Part shown: positions 1-7,294 of the stretch, piece by piece | Layout of the letters: every line of letters starts with the position of its first letter | How positions within the stretch are numbered: position 1 is the first letter of the stretch | Assembly: GCA_005191425.1 (NCBI GenBank) | Contig: SUPR01000089.1 | Location: 1 to 14,239, forward strand | Direction: 5' to 3' | DNA length: 14,239 bases | Origin: Candidatus Helarchaeota ASGARD archaeon Hel_GB_B | GTDB lineage: Archaea; Asgardarchaeota; Lokiarchaeia; Helarchaeales; HEL-GB-B | Made by a program: the position numbers and the translations under genes | Notes under the pieces: model-generated | The model's input: the letters and a program-made list of their open reading frames with translations, nothing else | Databases searched by the model: none | Told to the model about the DNA's origin: nothing

Positions 1-947
1 CCAGCACCCCATTGAGCGTTTTCAATTTGCTGTTCGGTGGACGGATATTGCCATGTGGGATATTTTGCGTCCCAGAAGATACCATAATAGGCACTTAAAC
101 TAATAACGGGTATAAAAATTATAATTGCAATTATAATAATAGCCCCAATCCCTTTAAAACGATTAATTTTACTCCCAAATTCGTCACTACCGTATTTTTT
201 TACTTTTTGAATAATAGCGAAAATAAAAGTACCAAAAAGACATACAATTATTGAATACCATATCAACCAAAATACTGTAGGACTTGCTGCATTTATTTCC
301 GAAAAAGGTAGCCATAATGTCCAATTAAACAAGAAAATCGAAATCACCAGAAATATCTTACTTATAGCTGCTGGTGGTCTTGCATATCCAATATCTAAAA
401 TTATAGAAATAATGAGAGGGATAATGATACTAATCAGTATAATCCCAATGATGGACACTTCGTACATATAGTAAAATTGCAATGCCTCTAAAACTGATGG
501 TGTGACCGCTGATGGACTACCTGTGGGAATTAAATATACTGAAATAAAACTCATTGCATTAGTATTTGGTAAATAAAATAAAATTGGTGCCAGTGAATAA
601 ATTCCAGCAAAACCATATATAACACTATAGATGAGAAATATTATTATAAACGTCTTTTTGTGCTTCTTTACTGACTTTTTCATCGCTTTATCAAAAGAAG
701 CTAACAAAAATGTAAATCCAATTGAAGAACAAGCTGCAATTCCAAAAGTTATAAAGAACGCTAGAAATACATTACCGTTTAAAAATAGTATCGATAAATA
801 GTCAACTAGTGCTTTATCAGAATACATTTGTCGTAGAATTTTTAATTGTAATAAAAAACCGTATAGAATAAACCACGCAATAAGTACACCAATTAAAGCT
901 ATGATTATACCGCCAATCCAATTCTTTTTTCTCGATGATATAGCCAT
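1..947 (-). CDS. Polytopic membrane protein, N-terminal ~315 aa only (runs off the left edge); possibly UPF0182-like
   Basis: Not in the ORF track. My translation of the minus strand from ATG at 947 is open to base 1: MAISSRKKNWIGGIIIALIGVLIAWFILYGFLLQ...IIIIAIIIFIPVISLSAYYGIFWDAKYPTWQYPSTEQQIENAQWGAG. It has about 7-8 hydrophobic segments and a GAAGGT SD-like motif upstream. The final 'EQQIENAQWGAG' loosely recalls the UPF0182 'I..TR.A.GL' motif. The CDS is well supported; the family call is weak (~0.35). Confidence 0.85.
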   Translation of the reverse strand, partial: MAISSRKKNWIGGIIIALIGVLIAWFILYGFLLQLKILRQMYSDKALVDYLSILFLNGNVFLAFFITFGIAACSSIGFTFLLASFDKAMKKSVKKHKKTFIIIFLIYSVIYGFAGIYSLAPILFYLPNTNAMSFISVYLIPTGSPSAVTPSVLEALQFYYMYEVSIIGIILISIIIPLIISIILDIGYARPPAAISKIFLVISIFLFNWTLWLPFSEINAASPTVFWLIWYSIIVCLFGTFIFAIIQKVKKYGSDEFGSKINRFKGIGAIIIIAIIIFIPVISLSAYYGIFWDAKYPTWQYPSTEQQIENAQWGA

Positions 948-1229
948 TTATAAAACCTTCTTTAAATTTTTATTTCAAATTGAAAATTTTAACTTATTTT
1001 TTATATAAATCAATATAATATTTAATTCTTTTATATATATTCTCATTATTTTTAATTAATTTTCTATATTTATAAAACTCATTAAAATTTGTTCATTCAA
1101 CAAAAATTAGAAAATCTGATCCACCAATTTTTTAAATATTGAAAACTTTTTAATAATAATATTCAGTTTTTGAATTTAATTAAAATTGAATTGATAAATT
1201 TAAGACATAATAAATTTTCCGAGTAAAAT

Positions 1230-1931
1230 ATGAGAGAAAAAGTTAAAAATAAATATCATGTCGATGTAAAGATATATAGTAAAGAGCATTGGTCTCTTTT
1301 TCGCAAATTGAGAGAGAAATCATTTAATTATATGCAATTGCTAAGTAGATTTGACCCGATTATATATGGAAGTATCGCAAGAGGCGATGTCCACCCAAAA
1401 AGTGACATAGATATAATGTTCTTAAAGCCAATCAACGAATTTCATATTACAAATATTTTAGGAGATCCATTTCAAAAGTGGATTGTCCAAGCAACTCCTT
1501 TGTCAGCTATTAAAGGTGTTTTAGTATATTATGATATAAACATTTCATTCCCATTAATCCCGTTATATCCACGAGAAGAAGAATTCTATTATTTTGGTGG
1601 ATCATTGTCATTTGATAAAATTAATTCAGACAAATTTATTAGAACTCCAGGAATTAATAAGCAATTACTGTATATTTATCCTACAGAAAATGGGCATAAA
1701 GAGCTCAGGATAACGACAGATAATGCAAGCATAATAGCCAAAAATTTAAAAATAAAAATTGATACGATCTTGGAAAGAATTAGAGTTCTTGAAAGAAGAG
1801 ACAAAATCGGTCGAACTGGAATATTTCTTAAAAGACTTTTAAGACCGGACGATTCTTTTGGTACTATATTAAACCAAATTAAAAGTACAAATCCAGCTAC
1901 CAGAAGAAGGATTAAAAGGCAAAAAATTTAA
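1230..1931 (+). CDS. Archaeal predicted nucleotidyltransferase (Pol-beta superfamily, COG2413-like)
   Basis: Carries the NTase signature IYGSIARGDVHPKSDIDIMF (GSxxRG...SDxD). It also has the downstream blocks GINKQLLYIYPTENGH and ERIRVLERRDKIGRTGIFLKR...DDSF...NPATRRR, which I recall from this archaeal family. Confidence 0.85.
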   Translation: MREKVKNKYHVDVKIYSKEHWSLFRKLREKSFNYMQLLSRFDPIIYGSIARGDVHPKSDIDIMFLKPINEFHITNILGDPFQKWIVQATPLSAIKGVLVYYDINISFPLIPLYPREEEFYYFGGSLSFDKINSDKFIRTPGINKQLLYIYPTENGHKELRITTDNASIIAKNLKIKIDTILERIRVLERRDKIGRTGIFLKRLLRPDDSFGTILNQIKSTNPATRRRIKRQKI

Positions 1932-2040
1932 CTATTTATTGAAGTTTTGTTATTTATTCAAATCTTTTTTTGTCCTAATACTTATCTAATAACCGGATAT
2001 TTTACAATTTTCAATTTAAAACTATTTGGCTAAATTTTAT

Positions 2041-3105
2041 TCATCTATTTTTAAAAAATCTTTTATTTATTTCCGTAAATAAAAATTCAAATGGCGGATA
2101 AAAATGGTATTGAAAATCATGGGGCACAAAATATTGAAAATGAAGAAATCGTTTCCAGAAATTTACTTCTTTCATATAAATCGATTTTTCTTTAATTAAA
2201 TCCAAGATTTCCTGCGACATTTCAGAAGATTCCGGGTGTAATTTATAGGAAACATCAACATTATTAGTATTTATCATTGCATATTTAACAAATTTATATG
2301 GATATCCAAATATTTCCGAGCATAATTTATCCCCATAGACCATATCTTCTGAAATTATTAATTTATTGAAAGGGACAGGTTCTCCAAAGTGAGGTCCAGT
2401 CCCAACACATAAATTTTGACACCCTAAAATATTGATATCAGGAGACATTAACCTTGCTGCTGCAGCTACTGTTTTATCAATCCGATCAAATTTTCGGTGA
2501 TAGATACTTTTTCGTCTCTCTGCAATTGCACCATACATATTTTTCTGGGAGCAGCTAATTCCGCATTCCCAGTGCGGTTTTGGGGGTGCGAAACTAATAA
2601 TTTTTACGTTATCATGGAATAAAATCTTAGGTAATAACAACTTTACGTCCAGACCAATACATTTCATCTCTATTATCCCTACGTAAGAGAGGTTCACAAA
2701 TTTTGTTTTATTTCTATGTAACATATCATAATATCCACGTATTTTTAGCATTTTATCGTCCATTTTATGAGCTCGCATATTAGCTTCACAAACAAAAGGA
2801 ATGCCACCAAGTTCCTTTACTGCGAGAATAATAGCTTCACAAATTTTTGGATCGGAATACGTTGAAGGGATATGGTGTATTCCACCACCAAGATTAATTT
2901 TTATAGCAACATAATCTCCCGGATTAATTATATGATCGGCTTTAATCTTATTAAAACCATCTAAAACTGATTTATAAAAATCATTACCTAAATCTTGTAT
3001 AAGAACTTCGTTATTGTTTTTTAATACATGGTGTTCTTTTTCATAACCAATAAATTTGCCGTCAATTTCTTCTATTTTGTATTTTTCTGTTTCATATTTT
3101 AACAA
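2041..3105 (-). CDS. DUF362 domain-containing protein
   Basis: Motifs VAIKINLGGG...STYSDPKICEAIILAVKELGG.PFVCEA, ISFAPPKPH..CGISCSQKNMYG and ISEDMVYGD match the DUF362 pattern (V.IKPN / T.P..v.a / v.E; PxxKxH; KNxxG; D.va.D). TTG start with GAGGT 9 nt upstream. Confidence 0.8.
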   Translation of the reverse strand: MLKYETEKYKIEEIDGKFIGYEKEHHVLKNNNEVLIQDLGNDFYKSVLDGFNKIKADHIINPGDYVAIKINLGGGIHHIPSTYSDPKICEAIILAVKELGGIPFVCEANMRAHKMDDKMLKIRGYYDMLHRNKTKFVNLSYVGIIEMKCIGLDVKLLLPKILFHDNVKIISFAPPKPHWECGISCSQKNMYGAIAERRKSIYHRKFDRIDKTVAAAARLMSPDINILGCQNLCVGTGPHFGEPVPFNKLIISEDMVYGDKLCSEIFGYPYKFVKYAMINTNNVDVSYKLHPESSEMSQEILDLIKEKSIYMKEVNFWKRFLHFQYFVPHDFQYHFYPPFEFLFTEINKRFFKNR

Positions 3106-3278
3106 ATCATATTTACCTCTTTCTCATAGTACCTTAATAGAATTTATTTGTAAATAGGATAGTAATAATATTGAATTAATAGAATTTAAAGAATTATACT
3201 AATCTATCAATACCCTAGACATTTTGATTAAACACTTCTAATTTAATGATAAATCTAAAATTAATTAAAAAATTATTT

Positions 3279-3310
3279 TGGGCTATTTTTAAAACTACAA
3301 AAAGAGCCCA
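3279..3310. other. Imperfect inverted repeat / hairpin in the deacetylase-DUF362 intergenic region
   Basis: TGGGCT-A-TTTTT-[AAAACTAC]-AAAAA-G-AGCCCA: 6 bp plus 5 bp stem with one mismatch and an 8-nt loop. GC-rich arms in otherwise very AT-rich DNA. Function unknown (terminator or operator). Confidence 0.35.
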
Positions 3311-3428
3311 TTAATAGGCAATAACATTTTTCCTTTTAAGAAAACTAGTTTAGTGCAGAAAATTGAGTATTATTATTCAAATATAGAAACAACATATTAA
3401 ATTATAGGGATTTAAAAGATGGTTTGGG

Positions 3429-4163
3429 TCATAATTGATCTTCTTCAGCCGCCCAAGGTCTCTCAAAAATCTTACCAATTTTTAATGCATTAAAAATAAT
3501 TTTATATATGAACGGTAATTTTAATTGCAATTCGTTTTCAAAATCAACTTCACGGACAGCTTCAGCAAATAGGAGTTTTTTTGACCGTATTCCATTGAGC
3601 AGGTCGATTATGGGACGGAGTGCTATGAAAAATCCGATTATTAAAATTTGAGTTTTGTGTTTCATAATTGCCTTTTGAGTCCGTCGCATATTTACTCTTA
3701 TAAACCGATTATTATAAATTGAATGGTAAAAAAATAACCTTGGCCTAGAGTGTTTATTTAACTTAAAAATATTATAAAGAAAAATTTTCCCCAAATTCAT
3801 ATGATCTGGATGAAAATAATAGGTATAATAATATTCAGGGGCAAAAATTGCGTCAAATTTATTTTCTATGATAAATGTATTTAGTTCGTTGATAATCTGA
3901 TTTTGAAATTTAATACCACCGTCCACATAATTGAAAAATTTCACTTTTTTAGATTCTACGCCATGGACAGATGCAGCATCCTTTAACTCATTTTCACGTA
4001 TTTTTGCTAACCATTTACCTTTTAACTTATTATTAACAGTCCCCCATTCTCCACGTGTAGCACTTACTATCAAAATATCATGGATTTTATTTAACCGATA
4101 TATAAATTCTCCAATACATAATTCTAAATCATCTGGATGAGCACTAATAAACAAAATTTTCAA
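3429..4163 (-). CDS. PIG-L/LmbE family N-acetyl deacetylase
   Basis: Motifs ISAHPDDLE, SATRGEWG, IRENELKDAA, NYVDG and HPDH (metal/catalytic motifs of the family), plus KHKTQ. TTG start with GGTG SD 7 nt upstream. Confidence 0.9.
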   Translation of the reverse strand: MKILFISAHPDDLELCIGEFIYRLNKIHDILIVSATRGEWGTVNNKLKGKWLAKIRENELKDAASVHGVESKKVKFFNYVDGGIKFQNQIINELNTFIIENKFDAIFAPEYYYTYYFHPDHMNLGKIFLYNIFKLNKHSRPRLFFYHSIYNNRFIRVNMRRTQKAIMKHKTQILIIGFFIALRPIIDLLNGIRSKKLLFAEAVREVDFENELQLKLPFIYKIIFNALKIGKIFERPWAAEEDQL

Positions 4164-4328
4164 ATAAAAACACCAATTTGCGTGGATTTATTTTTATTTT
4201 TCAAAAAGAATATTAAAGAATAAATAGTTAAAGTACAAAAATTAAATTAATATATCTATATCTTATATAAAATTCTTTGTAAAAATAAAGATAGGTTGAA
4301 ATAAAAAAATAACATTAATGGGATTAAA
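4164..4328. promoter_or_regulatory. Divergent promoter region (deacetylase / 4-TM protein)
   Basis: 165-bp AT-rich gap between divergent starts, with TATA-like TTATATAAAA at about 4263-4272. The positions of individual elements are uncertain. Confidence 0.4.
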
Positions 4329-4826
4329 ATGACCGAGAAAAAAAAGAAATCGAATACTTGTGAATATAATGCATATTGTAGATATCATTTTAAGGATATA
4401 AATGATATTCCCGATAGTAATGAGCTTTTAAATGCCTTTTTAATAATTCTTGGTGGTATTTATGTGTTTCAAGCAATCACTCAATGGTTCGGTGCATTTT
4501 TACCAGGGTGGATAACTGGGATAACTGCTTATCCAGGGATTTCTGATGTGTTGACCATATTATCTACACTCGGTGGGACATATCAGATTATAATTGGAGC
4601 CGGAGCCCTAATTTCTGGTATTGGCTTGAATGCGGAACAAGAGTGGGCATGGGGAATGGGCTTATTGGTATTAGTATTCATTGCTATAACATCAATTACA
4701 GGGATGATAACTGCAATTACTACCAACACTTGGATTTCATTATTATTCTTTATACAAATAGTTTGCGTAATAGGTAGTGTATTAGGTATTTTCTGGCTAT
4801 TAGGGACTAAAGAGCGATATTATTAA
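4329..4826 (+). CDS. Hypothetical 4-TM membrane protein
   Basis: 165 aa with four hydrophobic segments, a GLNAEQEWAWGMG loop and a charged N-terminus containing C-x5-C-x2-H. No family recognised. Confidence 0.8.
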   Translation: MTEKKKKSNTCEYNAYCRYHFKDINDIPDSNELLNAFLIILGGIYVFQAITQWFGAFLPGWITGITAYPGISDVLTILSTLGGTYQIIIGAGALISGIGLNAEQEWAWGMGLLVLVFIAITSITGMITAITTNTWISLLFFIQIVCVIGSVLGIFWLLGTKERYY

Positions 4827-4840
4827 AATATTTAACTTCA

Positions 4841-4854
4841 TTTTTTATTTTTTT
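4841..4854 (+). terminator. Oligo-T tract, probable archaeal terminator
   Basis: TTTTTTATTTTTTT starting 15 nt after the stop at 4826. Confidence 0.45.
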
Positions 4855-5126
4855 CATAGAATTAGAATTTTATTTATAACAGCTCTCTCATCTAACGGTT
4901 ATTTATTTAAGTAAAAATAATATAAAAACATCTTTTCTTTTCAGAAATCAGTTTTATTTTAAAAAAGTATTTATAAAAATTTGGTCCTAAAAAATTAATA
5001 AAAAAATATTAAAGGAATAAGACAAACTTTAATTTAAGGAACTAAATATTAGGCTAAAAGAAATATTTTAAGATAAAATTATATGCATAATTTAATCAGA
5101 AATTTAAGATTAAGGATGAGATTAGA

Positions 5127-5882
5127 ATGGCAGATTTAAACCAAGATCTATATATGATAATATTTAAAGTGATTGAAGTTTTTGTTTATTTATTTTGTGC
5201 AATTACGATATACCGGAAAAAGAGAGGCTATATTTTAAATAGAACATATTTTATTGCTCTTAGTGGCTGGGTTGTATATATACTTTTAGATGCGATATTA
5301 TTTCCTATTGGACATATCGAGCTATTTAGTTTTGGATATATAAGCGTGAATTCAGGCTTGGCGACGATACCTATGATTGCAAATATTCTCAGAGATATTG
5401 CTGTCGCTGCAGGTGGTGTTTTAGCGTTTGGGTTTTTATATGCAAGTATAATAATTAGGTTTGGAGAAGCTCGAGCTAAAGAGAAGAGGACTTTGCTTAT
5501 AATGTTAGGAGGATATTTTCTTTTAGTAATACCGACCATTATATTTGACCAAATAATTAAAGAGATAAATTTAAATCCAGTAACAGTCCATACACAATTT
5601 AATATTCCATCTGCAATTATGATATTAGCTCAAATAATAGTTTATTTTATTGGTGTCTATGAGTTATTTGTAATTTATCGAAAAATCTCGGATAAAAACG
5701 AAAAACGAAGGATTTTATTTTTTATTTTAGGCGTAATTATCATTGCCATTGGTGTGCTGTTCTTTGTGATTATTGGGCTCGTTAATTTGGAGGGCTCTGC
5801 TTTTATCACAGGTCCTATAGGCCACATAATTTGGATTTTAGCACCTATCTTTATTTTAATAGGTATTAAAAGAACTGAATAG
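5127..5882 (+). CDS. Stand-alone seven-transmembrane protein (HisKA_7TM-like sensor fold, no output domain)
   Basis: 251 aa with seven hydrophobic helices. The basic cytoplasmic loops YRKKRG, EARAKEKR and YRKISDKNEKRR fit N-out/C-in topology. AGGATGA SD upstream. No kinase or other cytoplasmic domain follows. Confidence 0.75.
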   Translation: MADLNQDLYMIIFKVIEVFVYLFCAITIYRKKRGYILNRTYFIALSGWVVYILLDAILFPIGHIELFSFGYISVNSGLATIPMIANILRDIAVAAGGVLAFGFLYASIIIRFGEARAKEKRTLLIMLGGYFLLVIPTIIFDQIIKEINLNPVTVHTQFNIPSAIMILAQIIVYFIGVYELFVIYRKISDKNEKRRILFFILGVIIIAIGVLFFVIIGLVNLEGSAFITGPIGHIIWILAPIFILIGIKRTE

Positions 5883-5894
5883 ACAAAACACCTC

Positions 5895-5913
5895 TTTTTT
5901 CTTTTATTTTTTT
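5895..5913 (+). terminator. Oligo-T tract, probable archaeal terminator
   Basis: TTTTTTCTTTTATTTTTTT starting 13 nt after the stop at 5882. Confidence 0.5.
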
Positions 5914-6121
5914 ATTAAAAAATTATTAACATTTATTCTATAAAATATGAAGATGTTTCGCTTTATTTTTTAACTTAATATCACTGATCCCTTCTGAATT
6001 GAAATTATTCAACTAATTTATTAAAAAATAATACTTTTTTTGGAAAATGAAATAATTAAAAATATACATACGATTTCTTTAAAATAGATAAATAAATGAT
6101 ATCAAATAATAGATGTAAAGA

Positions 6122-6159
6122 TTATATAATTATTATTAGAATTATAAGATTGTAAGGCG
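6122..6159 (+). promoter_or_regulatory. TATA-like box and SD-like motif upstream of the oxidoreductase
   Basis: TTATATAA at 6122-6129, preceded by purine-rich GTAAAG. AAGGCG at 6154-6159, 5 nt before ATG 6165. Confidence 0.4.
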
Positions 6160-6164
6160 TTAAT

Positions 6165-7220
6165 ATGAAAAAGATTAAAATTGGTTTTATAGGGACTGGG
6201 TTGATTGCAAATGTTCATATGCGAAGTTTAATGTCCCTAATAGAAGATGAAATATTTCCAATTGAAGTAATTGCAGCAACAGATGTAGACAAAGATAGAT
6301 TAGAGAAGTTTTGTATAAAAAATAATATTGAAAAAATATGCAATGACCCAATGGATGTTATTAAGGACAAAACTATTAATACGGTGTATATTTGTACTCC
6401 GACAAAGTTTCACAAAGAATATGTATTGAAATTACTAAAAGAAGGTAAAAATATTTTTTGTGAGAAACCGTTAGCAACAAACTTGAATGATGTAAAAGAA
6501 ATGTGTAATGCTGCTAAACATTCAAGTCCTATTTCACAAGTAGGTTTTGTGATACGATATTCGCCTATTTTTGAGTTTCTTAAAGATGAATTATTAAATA
6601 ATGAAGAATTGGGCAAAATGATGACAATAATGTTCAGAAATGATCAGACATTCCCTATTGGAGGTAAATATGGAAGTTTTTGGAGGTCTGATAAAAATGT
6701 TTCAGGTGGAGGTACTTTAATTGAACATTCAATCCATGATATAGATATTTTAATGGCAATTGGTGGTAAATTTAAGTCTGTTTATTGTAATACAAGATAT
6801 TTTTCAAAATATAACGTAGAAGATTTGGGAATATTAAGCTATGAATTAGAAAATAATGTAATAGGTACTTTAACAAGCTGCTGGCATAATATTCCGAGAC
6901 GAGATGAACGACTTATCGAAATATTTTTTGAAAAAGGATGGATAAAAATTGAAATATCAGAAATAATTAAAATTATAACCCGGATCAATAGAAAAACAAA
7001 AAAGTTAGACCCAAATAAAGTCCAAAAACAAATTTGTGAGAAAAAAGGGATTAATCCAAATTATCTGTTGTTTCCGTATTATTATGAAGACCTTGAATTT
7101 ATTCGAGCAGTTTATGAAATGAAAAAATCAAAAACAGGCTTTGAATCGGCATTAAAAGCACATGAGGTAATCGATGCAGCTTATAGATCTGCAAAAGAAG
7201 GTAAGATAATAAAATTGTAA
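6165..7220 (+). CDS. Gfo/Idh/MocA family NAD(P)-dependent oxidoreductase
   Basis: Rossmann motif IGFIGTGLIA, VYICTPTKFH, CEKPLA, QVGFVIRY and WRSDKNVSGGGTLIEHSIHDID. Confidence 0.93.
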   Translation: MKKIKIGFIGTGLIANVHMRSLMSLIEDEIFPIEVIAATDVDKDRLEKFCIKNNIEKICNDPMDVIKDKTINTVYICTPTKFHKEYVLKLLKEGKNIFCEKPLATNLNDVKEMCNAAKHSSPISQVGFVIRYSPIFEFLKDELLNNEELGKMMTIMFRNDQTFPIGGKYGSFWRSDKNVSGGGTLIEHSIHDIDILMAIGGKFKSVYCNTRYFSKYNVEDLGILSYELENNVIGTLTSCWHNIPRRDERLIEIFFEKGWIKIEISEIIKIITRINRKTKKLDPNKVQKQICEKKGINPNYLLFPYYYEDLEFIRAVYEMKKSKTGFESALKAHEVIDAAYRSAKEGKIIKL

Positions 7221-7294
7221 GAAAATAAAATTTAAATTGTATTTATAAAATTCTTCATTGATATTACGAAATAAAATATGAGAAATGATGAAAT

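Noticed and set aside
973-985. Palindrome TTTCAA-A-TTGAAA upstream of the first gene
   Set aside because: Short and almost entirely A/T; expected by chance in this background and I did not see it repeated elsewhere in the window.
1230-1931. MNT-HEPN toxin-antitoxin or CBASS-type cyclase
   Set aside because: No adjacent HEPN or effector gene; length and C-terminal motifs fit the conserved stand-alone archaeal family.
3106-3310. Selenocysteine read-through of the TGA at 3126-3124 with the nearby hairpin as SECIS
   Set aside because: The upstream in-frame extension is short, low-complexity, lacks a start and ends at TAG 3201; the hairpin lacks recognisable SECIS core motifs.
3931-4140. 69-aa plus-strand ORF
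   Set aside because: Antisense shadow wholly inside the well-supported PIG-L deacetylase; no motif.
5228-5539. 103-aa minus-strand ORF
   Set aside because: Antisense to the 7-TM gene; hydrophobic-codon genes commonly give open antisense frames.
5127-5882. Rhodopsin (type 1, helio- or schizorhodopsin) interpretation of the 7-TM protein
   Set aside because: No retinal-binding lysine within TM7 (GPIGHIIWILAPIFILIGI); the only Lys is after the helix.
6410-6616. 68-aa minus-strand ORF
   Set aside because: Antisense shadow within the Gfo/Idh/MocA gene.
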